Positions 41,023 to 52,948 of a stretch of DNA of 64,000 nt are shown one piece after another. Under the pieces are notes generated by a model that made no database searches, had not been told where the DNA came from, and saw only the letters and a program-made list of their open reading frames with translations. Every line of letters starts with the position of its first letter. The first letter of the stretch is position 1. Origin of the DNA: Botryllus schlosseri (taxonomy: Eukaryota); assembly GCA_051294905.1 (NCBI GenBank), contig CM119371.1:24430001-24494000 (forward strand). The letters run 5' to 3'. The translations under genes and the position numbers were made by a program.

Positions 41023-41738
41023 ACCAGCCCTATCTGTGTCAACAAATCTAACCGCCGAGACCCACCATGTAGTCATAGCCTTATAATATGATGGTGTAGC
41101 CACATCGTCAGCTGTTTCTTGCACCCAACTATGCACTATACCGAAATTGGTACTTGGGTCAACCAGTTCCGTGTGACCTAGCCCGAACGAGGTTAAATCA
41201 GGTCAAATCGCAACGAGAATGATATCACAGTGACATGCACTTCCACGTATTAATTGGCTGCTGGGGCTTGGCAGCTAATCAATTTTGCCGATAGCTTGGT
41301 GAAATGCCGTAGCGAGTAACTGTCAGTAACCTTGCGAAGAAAATCTGGTAACTTGACTTAGCAGTTAAATTAATATAATATTACATATCGAAATGTAGAA
41401 TGACAAGCTATACACGCTGCTATTGGCTGCGGCCGGTAATTCTTTGTAAAATTTACAGAAATTTCTTTGTAAATCTACCTGATTTTTTGTGTATGGGGTT
41501 AGTATTGAAAATATAATGTCACGAGACGTTATTGGCTCACGTCCGCGTTCAAACAGAACCTTTCAAAATTGTTCGTGTTCCCACGAACCAGAGCCTTTCA
41601 AGAATTGACTCGATCACTAATATCAATGATAATTCGTGTTTACTTTCTTTTCTTGCGTAAGAAAGTAAATCATCCCCAATCTAATGTGAATGACTTCTGT
41701 AGAGCAATCGGCTATTGTCAAGAATTGTTGTTTTACAG

Positions 41739-41906
41739 CTCTCCAATCTGGTAATACGTGATGCCAAAATGCCACCGGAAAGTTACCGCGAAATCGCCAT
41801 TACACTCAAATCCGTCGATTGCGAAACGATAATGTTCGGTAACTGCGAACTGACCAGAATGAAACTCTCTGAATTCTACAATGGATGCAAAGACAACCAT
41901 CTATCG
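41739..41906 (+). CDS. Diverged LRR exon B'
   Basis: ttttacag|CTC...TCG|gtaggc; LSNLVIRDAKMPPESYREIAITLKSVDCETIMFGNCELTRMKLSEFYNGCKDNHLS. 15/56 residues differ from B; frame and splice sites are intact. Confidence 0.8.
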
Positions 41907-42731
41907 GTAGGCTCAATAAATTTACCCGAAACGTGCATTGTTTAGATTGGAAGTTGTTGTTTGGGGAATTCATGGTTTTTGTCGACTACAATAGTCATTT
42001 ACACCAAGCCGATATTCCTTATTTTTCTTTTTATTTCTGTCTTGTAACATGGCCCTATTCTGGGCATGTTAAGACATCGCTTACGCTGATGAGATGGCGA
42101 GGAGGAATCTAGATTGGGAATGCGCACCAGGGTATTCCCAGGCGAACGGTAGAATAAAATCTAATCTTTATAGCGAGCACCAATACTAATCATATGAGAT
42201 TGTCAAACAGTCTGGACTATTTACTATACGTATATTTTACTACGAGAAGCAAACGTCTTAGAAAACTCCCACTCACGAGACACCCGCGATTGTAAGTTTT
42301 TTTGATGGAACGCGTCGCTCTTTAATCAATATGATAAAAAACAATCACTAATCAGTACAAACTCTCCAAACCAAAAAGAGATACGAGCCAAAGCATGCAA
42401 AGTCCGCGACGCGATAGTTAAGCCAGCAATGATGTCTTTCGCACTAGGCCTATAGCAGATGCTATTGAGTAAACCAGCGATGATATCGTGAACACCAGGC
42501 CGAAGCCGCCACTGTAGATGCGATTGCCTAATGCATATGCGATTGTTCAAGCCAGCGGAAACAGGCTTGTTCGAGATGCGATAAATTAGGCTAGCGACGA
42601 TTGCCACGCGCACGGGAATGAATGACCGAATTTTGCGACCGTCTCAGCGGTAGATCATCACAGATTCTTCTCGCTTATTGACAACATGCTTCTCGCAAAT
42701 CGGCCATGCGGAACACTGATAACACAATTAA

Positions 42732-43252
42732 TAGGGTTGGTGTGAACCTTCAAAAGGTTCAGGTTTGTGAGAACGCGAACCTTTTTGAAAGGTTCTGTGT
42801 GAACGCGAACGTGAACCTCATGACGTCATATTGCTCATTCCAATCCTACATTCAAGTGAAGTGATATATAGTGACGATTCGGGCCACATAATACCACAAT
42901 GCTGAAGTACATACTGACTTTTTAAACGTTGCCAAATGCATTTACTGCAACAATGAAATGATATGATAATCCTATAAAATCAATATCTTCCGTCGCTTCA
43001 CCAGCAATTTCGACGAGGACTTGCAAGGGAATATAAGGTTACGAATAAAGGGTATAGGCCAGACTGGACAATGCACTCGGCGTCTGAGTGTTGCTACGTT
43101 GATATTCAGCAGAGTGTAATCGGTGTTTACGCCATTAACAAGTTATACAGCAGTAGCCAACACCCCAATCGCACCGATTTGGTTTTTATGATACAATAAA
43201 CATATGAAATCGAGATGGAATTTGTACGCTTGCTAGATTATTTACATTAGAC
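42732..43252. mobile_element. Left part of another copy of the 2163-3114 MITE, cut by a CAGTGGTTCTCAAC-ended hAT insertion
   Basis: Collinear with 2163-2691. Homology stops at attagac|cagtggttctcaacc. Confidence 0.8.
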
Positions 43253-44126
43253 CAGTGGTTCTCAACCTTTTTCACGTCGCGGACCGGTAAAATTTCACAA
43301 AATGTCTGGCGGACCGGTGGATTGTCAAAATTAAAATGAAGCCAGAATGTAAAGCAGGCCACCGTTTGTTTTGCAATTATATGGTGTTAAAGAGTGACAT
43401 TTAGAGGGTTTTGATCGTAATTAATAATATTCATGTGATTTTATAGTAGCCAGTCTGCCGAGTCGAGGTAACATTGCCTTGTCCAGATAAACGTGCTACC
43501 ACCGAGAGTCGTTTACTATTTTTTCGCGCCGAAAGCCGTGGGTTCAACCGACCAACGCTAAATTGAATATATTTCTTCTCTTTGGCAATATTGAGAGAAG
43601 AAGCATTTCTGAGTTGAACCAAGTACCTTGTTGTGTTACCTTGCTCATTGTCCACCGCCACCAGACGCAGGATACTCTGACAACTACGAACACAATGCGT
43701 GCAGCAAGAAAACACCTTACAGCAGCTATACGGACCATTCGCAAATCCTGGCCGAAAAAGCACTTCGTCTGCCCCCCTCCCCCCATCCGCAGACCCTACA
43801 GTTGGGTAGATGTTTTCACCTGTACTTGTGAGCACACTCATTCTACTCAATGTACGCAGAGCGTTTATGTAGTAGGAATGGTGTGAACCTTTGAAAGGTT
43901 CAGGTTTGTGTGAACGCGAACCTTTTTGAAAGGTTCTGTGTGAACGCTATCGTGAACCTCATGACGTCAAATTGCCAGTTCCACCCTTCATGAAAGTGAA
44001 GTGAGAGCCTATATTAATGAACGCGATACCTATCGACGACTAGGGCAACATATTTGCACTACGCTGAACTACATATTGACGTTTTAAAAGTCACCAAATG
44101 TATTAACTGGGGCAATTAACTGATAT

Positions 44127-44452
44127 GTTGTTGTTGTTGTTGTTGTTTTTATTAACGCATATAATTGGCGCTTGCAACTCGTGGTTATTTGCGCCCACAC
44201 AGTAAATTTCATAATCGCATAATGGCATGTCTTCATGAACTTCAGTCTTTTTTTCAGCTCATTTGCTGCCTCCTTTCACGAGTTCGGCTCTCTCTTCGTC
44301 TGGGCTTTTCAATGCGCTGTATTACAGCGGGATCGGCGATGAGGAGCCTAGATAAACCTCCGACACATAGAAACATGGCAGAGCCGAGACTCGAACCATC
44401 AACCATCGATGTCGTGACTACAGTGTTTAACCAACTGCGCCACTCGCTTCCC
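44127..44452 (-). mobile_element. tRNA-derived SINE
   Basis: Minus strand has an A box (TGGCGCAGTTGG) and a B box (GGTTCGAGTC), a (CAA)n tail and a 13-bp TSD aattaactgatat/aatcaactgatat. Confidence 0.85.
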
Positions 44453-45150
44453 AATCAACTGATATAATAATCCTATAAAGTCAATATTTTACGTCGTATT
44501 GCCTACAATTTCGACAAGGACTTGGAAGGGAATATCCGCTTACGCTTCCAGACCGGACAATATATGCGGTTTCTCGGTATTGCGACGTTCATATTGAGCA
44601 GAGTATAAGATGGGTTTCTATACTACCGATAGTCCCCAATTAACAAGTTATACAGTAGTAACCAACACCCCGATCCCACCGATTTGGGTTTTATGATATA
44701 AAAAACATATGAAGTACAGATTGACCCGTATACACATGCTTGATTTTTTACACCAGATAGAGCATCATACGTTGACTACAAATAGTGTAGTGTGGCGAGA
44801 AAGCATATTGGTATAATCCACGGCTGCAACACCAATGGGTTGTTGATTCGAGTCCGACCAAGGTCGACTCCAAAACTCCTTCCCAAGTTTTGGAGTTTTA
44901 TCTAGGCTCTTCCTCGACGTTTCATCCGTGTAAGGCAGTGGTCGGGAACCTTTTTCGTCTGAAGAGCCATGTTGGCCATATATTTTCCATTTTAACTCCC
45001 AAAGAGCCATACATGTCAATCAATTGTTACGTCACAATTGAAAATTCGTGACGTCATGGTAGTACTAATTCGAACTCACTACATGTACACATGGAATTCG
45101 TCGATGCCCTCGGGGGCGTCATATTTTCTCTGTAAAAAATCGTAGGCTAC

Positions 45151-46145
45151 CAGTGTTGGGATGACTCGAGTCAACTTTTTCGCATGACTTGACTTGACTC
45201 GAGTCACTTTGCAAAAATGACTTGACATGACTTGACTCGGCGCTTCAGAAATGTCGATTGACTCGTGACTCGGAGCAAAATTTACGAGTCAATTTCAAGT
45301 CATCAAAAAGTAAATGATGTCGACTAAATCGCTGTATCATTAGTGTATTCGGATAAGTCGCGACTCGCGATACGCCAGTGACACTCGTGAGAGCAACCAA
45401 TCTTTCACTTATTGTACCAGGGATATCTAGAACTCCTCTAGATATCTCTGATTGTACGTTCCACTTCCACTGGTCCTCCATTGTTACATCACAAATACAT
45501 TGGCCGCAAACGAAATGTTCACAGCTACGTTGCTGTGGTAGTAGTAGATTAATCTAATAGTTATGTTTCTTAAATGGCACAGTGTTTACATTGCGCAGTG
45601 CATCATTTAAATCGAAAGAATATAGTTTATGCGTTTATATTCTCACGGTTGTGTAGATGGCTTGTGTATTCTATCATATCAATCCGTTTAAACTTTTCGA
45701 GGCTTCGCATTTGGTCCTCTATTTTTTGCTGATAATAACAGACCGTAGCATGTATAACTATACAGTTACTCACGTATTGTATCACCAGTTCTACGTGTGC
45801 GTGTGCGATAAAACGCCTTTGTGCATGTATATTTAACTTTATATTCGTTATTTGATTCAAGATAAAGGCTAATTCATCCGTCTTTCACACAGCTTTCAAT
45901 ATTGTTATGACTTTGAATCAGCACTCATACTTCGAAAATTCAATTTGACTTGAATTGTGACTTGACTCGTGACTTGACTTGACTTGACTTGACTCGACTT
46001 GACTCGAGTCACCTCCAAAAATCGAGTGACTTGACTTGCCTCGAGTCACCTTCGAAAATCGATTGACTTGACTTGACTCGAGTCAAAATCTGCAATGACT
46101 CGAGATGACTCGTGACTCGAAGGTAGTGACTTGATCCCAACATTG
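45151..46145. mobile_element. Non-autonomous hAT element with (GACTT/GACTC)n subterminal arrays
   Basis: TIR CAGTGTTGGGAT...ATCCCAACATTG, perfect 8-bp TSD taggctac. Confidence 0.9.
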
Positions 46146-47639
46146 TAGGCTACTAACCATCATGTGATGGCGCAACTCATCGCGTAAATAGCTCAGGATT
46201 TATAAACTGATAGTAATCTAATATAACTATAGCACTGATTCCAAAAATATAAATATTGATCGACTTTTCAATTCTCAGAGTTCGGCGGTAACATAAATGT
46301 TGCACTACAAGCCTAAATTTTTACGATATTACTAGAAAGCCACTTAACAATCAAGAACGTGGATAGCTAAGCGTTGTGTGTAATTTAAATTTGTAATATG
46401 AATGTCACTTCCAAGGCAGTTCATTTCTCGGCGTATGGATCAGGAAGGCAATGCCAATCTATATGTGAAAACTAGATTGTCATATAGGCGTCTCTATGCC
46501 TCCTATTTTCTTTCATCAAATTCACGAGAGATGAGAAAAAAATGAGGAAAATTGGCCTGGTGTAAATGACCATTGTAGTCGATACCCCATACCATTAATA
46601 CATGGAAACAAACATGTAGTGTATTTCGCTCTTGGTGCTGTGTCATTGAGGCTTAAGCTCACAGCATAGAGAATCACCAAATATTCACAAACGGAAAGCT
46701 GGATATTTCGAACAAACTTTTGTAACATAGCAAGAAAAGTTTTTGAAATTGTCAATGTGCATGCTCATTGCTCATTTAGTGTTGATGTGTTATGCTTCTA
46801 GCGCCATACATAGAGGGGCCCGCAGTTGAAATGCAATAAATTTCAAACAAAGATGTTATGATGAAGTGAAAATTGTAATATATGAAGAAGGTTCACAGTG
46901 CAGAACCTTCCAAGGTTCGTTTGTGACCGTGAACCCTTAAATTTATGAAGTTCACACACAGAACGCGAACGCGAACCTCAGGTTCACACCATCCCGATTA
47001 TGTAGCTTAATCGCGCCAATAGCTAACATTTTCAATCATTATGACTGAATCGGTTTTCTCGCTGCCTAATTTTTGGCGCACCTTTGGGAGTCCCATATCA
47101 ACATAAACTCCATTATGTGGTGGTACGTCGTGGCGCGGTAATGGCTGCCGCCCTAATCCCGATTTTTATAAATCATACGTATTTATCAGACAAGGGCACC
47201 TAATAAGCGAGACATTTAGTGACACTAAATCGCGCGAAGCGCGAATAGAACCTTGAAAAAATTTGGGAAATGTTTCAAAAAATCCGATATGATTTATGTT
47301 CATTTGCAAAATAATTTTGGGCGCTTTTCAAGCTCGCCCCTCTCCCATTCTGCGGTTTGGGTTGCCCCAGTTACGATCCTGCACAAAATGAAGGAATCGA
47401 AAACGAATGATCGCGCAAGCTGCGCTGTTTAGCGATGAGACAGCTCGTATTCGTTCTGTACTTGTCGCTCGCATGTCGTCAAATGACACGTCTTAAACTG
47501 TAGGTCAAATCGAACGTGTTTCCAACCCTAATTTCACCTAACGAAGTTCTGAATCAGTTTAAAATATGATGCTGTTTTTATGTTATCAATGGACAAGCCT
47601 TAAACATTGCATCTTGAAAGTAAGTAGTGTAGTTGATCG

Positions 47640-48160
47640 GTCGTGATATGCGCTTTTTTGCATGGGCTCTTATGGGCGCGGTCGCACATCGTATGGAAAA
47701 CTCGTGGTGGCATATCGTACTTTTTGACCCCCCTCTCGGTCGCACATCGTAATGCGTTCTTATGGGTGCGCTCGCATGTCGTACTTTCAGGTATAGGCAT
47801 CTCTCGCATATCGTATTGAAAACTCGTGTTGGCACATCGTACTTTTAGGTATAGCCATCTCTCGCACGTCGTACTTTCGCATGTCGTACTTTCGCTTATA
47901 GTCTGTGGTGGTGATTCGCCATGTGTTCTTATGGATGCGTCGGCATATCGTACTTTCGGGTATAGACCGCGGTCGTGATTCGCCGTGAAAACTTGTGATC
48001 GTGACTCGCCTTTTTTGCTATAGGCGGTGGCGGTGATTCGCCTGTCATGTATTCTTACGGGATCTGTGGTGACTCACCATGTGTTCTTATGGGTGCGGTC
48101 GTGAATCGTACTTTTAGGTATAGACATCTCTCGCATATCGTACTTTCGGGTATAGACATC
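47640..48160. repeat. Degenerate tandem repeats (GCATATCGTACTTT / GTGATTCGCC motifs)
   Basis: The motifs recur about ten times; probably transposon-internal. Confidence 0.6.
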
Positions 48161-49049
48161 ACTAAACAGGAAATTCACTAATCCGCAGTGCATTGTGCGA
48201 TTTTGAAAACCAGATGTTGGCGGTTGTATTTTGACCTGTGTGACCCACTAAATACGTCCGTTTTGGAAATTCGGAGCGCGCACTATCGTATCGATTATTC
48301 CACTAATCCAGTCGGTGCTATTACATTCAGCAGTATTCAGTATTCAGCAGCGACACGAAAAGCGACCAACAAATAACCGCGCTCGTAAATTAACACTTCA
48401 AAAAGTGTAAAATAGATTGCAAATCCAGCGATCGCTGACAAGATAATGTCTCGGGCATAACCATTTTTAGTGACTTGGTGTTACAAACATACCGATCGCT
48501 CACGCGGTAAAATTTTAGTAATCAGTTTGTCACAGAACTTGATTTCGCTGGTAAGATTTAATAAATACCGACTAACAGAACCATCAGTGTGGGTAACTTG
48601 AATAGCAACAAATTGTCACTTATTTCCGCCCTAACCCTAATCCTTTGTGAGATTGCCACATACTCAAATAGATGCGAAATAATTGTAAAATCATACAATC
48701 TTTTTAGGAATATTACTTGACTTGACCAACTTTCGGCTCTGTTTTCGATTTCCACACAGTCGCTATAAGTTTCCACGCTTCTAGAATAGGATTGACTTTA
48801 GACACGTCATAAGAATCATGGTAATATTCAATCAATGTGTCAACCCAGCAAACACTCGATGTCCAGCTGACTCCCGGTGGAATAGCTGGCAGGATATCCT
48901 GTTACTTCCGGCCGTTACCTCCCTGGAGTGGGTTTGTCGACAACTAGAGACGTCCTGTCCACTCGCTGAGTACGTCCGCAATGACGTGCTGTGGACATGG
49001 AGAGACTCGTCATGGACGAGTCTGACCTAGCCTGGACGTCACGTGGTTC

Positions 49050-49180
49050 CCTATGGATGCGCCTGACGTACTGTGGACATGACGCCACTTCCTATGGACA
49101 CGCTTGACGTACTGTGGACATGACGTCACTCCCTATGGACACGCCTGACGTACTGTGGACATGACGCCACTCCCTATGGA
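49050..49180. repeat. 41-bp minisatellite (~3 copies), probably the subterminal array of an element beginning CCCAGCAAAC at ~48844
   Basis: CCTATGGA recurs at 49050, 49091, 49132 and 49173. Confidence 0.8.
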
Positions 49181-50852
49181 AGTGTCATTCGGCCCCTTTA
49201 TCATCTCTACTCCACACCTGGTTCAACGCCTCACGACTAACAACATGGGATACAACATCATATCTTCTCACACACAGCGTATATTGGGTGAGTGGGGAAT
49301 GAAACTGGCAAAATACAACTACGATATTGGTCATTATCAACGAAACTACAACTATCTAATTTACGAAACACAAAATGTGAAATAAGGCGAGAACTACTAC
49401 CCCTTAACACAGTCAAGGCTGAAGTAAAAAATCATATTGCGACAAGCAATCACAGAAAATGTGTCACAGGAGTTTAGCAAACAGCAACTGCTAATACCAC
49501 TCAAACTAATGACAAATAGTCAAAGTAAAAAAGCATTAATTACATAAAAAAGGTGTCACAGGAATATAAGACACTGCAACTGTTGGGACAACTCGAAGCT
49601 AATGGATCGGTCCATGTGCCTAAGATTGATGAAATGAAAGAATGGTATCGCAGGAATAAAGTAACCGCAACAATTTAAAACGAGCATTACAAAAAGCGTT
49701 CAGTAAAAATTCACTCTGCAAGAAGTAAATCAATGCACCGTTTGCAGATGTCGAGTGCCTATTCTTTTTCTTCGTCAATCACAAGTGGCTGCACCTAAAC
49801 GTTTTTTCTCGGCGCTTGTGGCTGAAATATATACAGGAATGTCAGTGAATTCCGTATGTTGCCTATTTCTGCTCGAAGTAGTTATACAACGCCTTGGAAA
49901 GTGCTACATATGCTTCACTACAGATTTACGTTACTTACCGGTACGTGTCTGCTTGAGAACTAACTCCTGTTCGACGAAGACCACTTCTCGAGTACTTATC
50001 AACTTATATTTCTACTTCCACTTGAAATAATCTTGACATGCCTTGAAAATTGCTACTTCTACTTCAGTTGAAATTTATGATGTTACTTCTACTTCAGCTT
50101 AAGTACCAAAAACGACTACTTTGACTTCGGCTACCCATGTTCGGACCATTACATGGTAAAAGAATGAAACATTACAACCCAATCTACCATTTTCAAACAA
50201 CTCGAGTACCTTTCAACTTCAATTTCAAATTGGAGTAGTTTTAATATACTTCGTAAATCATTACATACTCCAGTATAAATTCCTGTTACTTCTACTTCCA
50301 CTAGAGTCCCAACGTTGAATACTTTAATTTGTTAAATGCCACTTACGGTTATATGCAAAAATCAAGCGACACCTCGACCAAATTTACGACATCACACTAA
50401 CGGCTTCCTTGAGGTAGGTTTAACATGTCTTGTAAACCACTACATATACTTCACTAGAAATTATGTATTACTTGAGCAGTACTGACTACTTTTACTTCGG
50501 CTACCCATGTTGGCAAGAAGCCAAATTCCATTACATTAGGGCTGTCAAACATACAGACCGCCCAGCAATTCTGCATAGATTGAACAATGCTTGTTTGATG
50601 CAATGCAACGTTTGAAATTTCCGTGTGATGCAATGCAACGTTTGAAATTTCCGTAAGAAATACTTCCATTAAATAATCCCTCAACACTGCAAATATCGAT
50701 TGCGGAAAAAATGCATATTGCGTTCCGAGTTCTATGGAAAAATTACCAAAACGGAAGCACAAACGCCAAAACGGAACTGATACATGCAAGTTACATGGTG
50801 AAGACAATAGTTTCACAAAAATATAATTACAATATCTGTTGTCGCACTAGTG

Positions 50853-51558
50853 CAGGGCTGGACAACCTTTTCAGCCAAAGGGCCACATTCGAACGCCGAA
50901 ATATTGCGCGGGCTACTAGCCGCGCGAAGCGCGAAAAGTTTTCGAAGTTCATAGCTCAATAATATTGTCACTTGACTATATTGCGGGCCTGCAGTATATC
51001 GCTGGGCTCAGTTTGCCAGGATCGGACTATTCAGCGCCTGGACATATCAATTTCGAAAGCTTCGACCAACATGCATCAATCATTTTGTGCCTAGGTTTCA
51101 TAGTCGACGGTCTTTCTGCGAGCGCAAACGCTAGGTCGCATATGTTGAACGACACTTTGTCTCGTAATCGATAATATAGTTCGACTCAATCTGATACATT
51201 AGGCGTTCATTCATTTTCAAAAAGGGGTAACAATATTAAAAGCAAGAAATCGAATGACTACATGTTGCGCGAAGCGTGTAGAAAATATTTACTTTTCATA
51301 AAATTTATCGCAAATTATTCTGCTTTGTAGTGTACGAAGATCTACCAAAGTGTGACTGGCACATGGAAATGCCAATGCGTCGTAACTGATATTTTAGTCA
51401 TCACATCTCAAGTGTTGCGGCGAGACTAATCAAATATTTGGCTGGCCTTGCAAGTTCACAATCTGTGCAATTCATTTTTTTTATAACATTACCAAGTTCG
51501 GAAATTACCTCGCGGGCCACTCAAAACCTTCTCGCGGGCCACGGGTTGGCCGGCCCTG
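50853..51558. mobile_element. Non-autonomous hAT MITE
   Basis: TIR CAGGGCTGGACAACC...GGTTGGCCGGCCCTG, perfect 8-bp TSD cactagtg. Confidence 0.9.
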
Positions 51559-52101
51559 CACTAGTGCATCACAAAAGACTCAAATGATCCCTGGCCTTGA
51601 GGGAAACCTGAATCACTATTCAAGACGATGAAGAAATTTTCAACGTCCGCGTTTACAGTAACATACTTTGTCTACCTCAACGCATACTCAGGTTTGCCGC
51701 AGTGTTCGAGTAAATTATAGGTAGCATAGAAAAATACCGACTTACATCATTGTTAGAAGAGCTACTGTTTTATTGATTTTAACTGTATTTTTCCGCCAAA
51801 TCACCATATTATTGACAATTCCATTGTTTGCGAATATAGGTGCAGCTAGAATAGAACCTATATGATCCGAAATCGCGAAATTTTTACAAAGTTAATGAGT
51901 TATCAGCACACTGAAGGGATTTAAACAGATTTAAAAGCAAAACCAAAAAGGCACAGTATGACGCAAAAATGAAAATCACAGACCATGAAATTCGCAATGT
52001 ATCAATGGCAACAATAACAAACTACGAAGTATACGGACATACGGTACTCTGGTAGCAGCACAATTTGTAAATAAACAATTACACAAACGGAACAACACGC
52101 A

Positions 52102-52555
52102 CTAATGAGAAATTTGTAGGTTATAGAGGAAATCTTTCTGTCTGCATAAAATAGGTATGCTCAACTGAATAATAGTAGACTCCAACACTTTTAAATGAAA
52201 CACAGACCTACCACGCGCAATGACAGTGAACATATTGTCATCATAGTGCTGTGCACAGGCAAGGTTTTCGCTCAGATGCTGACCGATTGACGAAGCATAT
52301 GCTTGGTAATCATCATAGCAGTCTGTTTTTCCAGCCAATTTGCACCGACGTGCGAGCTCCGTGCGATCATTTGCGCATGTTTTTGACCGAATCAATTTTG
52401 GGATATGCTGCTTAATACGCTCAAACAATCTTTGAGATGTACGTCCTACATACCTACTATCACAGTGGCACTTGTATTGGTAAACAACATTACTTGCATC
52501 AAAGGCAGGAAGTACATCTTTTCGAGAGTTGGGTAACAAGGGTTTCGTCGTGTAC
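52102..52555 (-). pseudogene. Penelope-like GIY-YIG endonuclease remnant, left arm
   Basis: YTTKPLLPNSRKDVLP...VVYQYKCHCDSRYVGRT...SSIGQHL...LESTIIQ...LCRQ; separated from its upstream sequence by the LTR insertion. Confidence 0.85.
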
Positions 52556-52937
52556 TGTTTCTGCGCGGCAGTCTGAATCCTGCGCTGTCGATTAGAGGCG
52601 CAGAAGCCTGTCTATGGGGTTATCTACGGATGCTAATCGTTGTAATTCATACACGTGATCCATGACTTTAATAACACAATAGCACGCCCAACTTGATGAT
52701 GATAGCTGACACATAGCACAGCAACAGCAACAGCAACATACAGCCGGCGAACGTAACAGAATCAAGATAAACGTAACTAAAGTAAGATTTACAATTAATT
52801 TTGCGTCAACGTAAATAACCAACAAATGGTGGTTCGCAGATGCTTTATATAGCGGTAAGAACAGCCTATCTGAAAAGGCTTGATTACAAATGATTACTAA
52901 AATCAGGATTAACAAATGAATTGCGCAAGTGCAAACA

Positions 52938-52948
52938 CTCCCCCATTT
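52938..52948 (-). promoter_or_regulatory. Polypurine tract (second copy 54476-54486)
   Basis: Minus strand AAATGGGGGAG directly precedes the TG of the LTR. Confidence 0.8.

Larger units (their letters stand above)
35412..41491. mobile_element. CAC...GTG-ended DNA element with TA duplication, swollen by nested insertions
   Basis: acg-TA-cactgaaaaaaa...ttttttgtg-TA-tgg. The paralogous empty site acacg-TA-tggttag is at 3772-3785. An inverted fragment of its right end lies at about 30615-30900. Confidence 0.6.
43873..46997. mobile_element. Diverged copy of the 2163-3114 MITE family with nested insertions
   Basis: Ends TAGGAATGGTGTGAAC...GTTCACACCATCCCGA with perfect 8-bp TSD ttatgtag (43865-43872, 46998-47005). 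Confidence 0.85.

Noticed and set aside
44380..44452. tRNA gene
   Set aside because: A and B boxes are present, but the sequence continues into a body, a (CAA)n tail and a TSD, so it is a SINE head.
49050..49180. CRISPR-like array
   Set aside because: The repeats are contiguous with no unique spacers, there are no cas genes, and the context is eukaryotic.
50454..50816. 120-aa minus-strand ORF as a gene
   Set aside because: No recognisable motif or convincing splice sites. It includes a local 30-bp duplication and runs into a repeat.
52592..52915. 107-aa Cys-rich ORF with a hydrophobic N-terminus (also 55639-55962) as a secreted peptide
   Set aside because: It lies wholly within the LTR, the Cys run comes from a (CAGCAA)n microsatellite, and the frame is not kept in the middle LTR.
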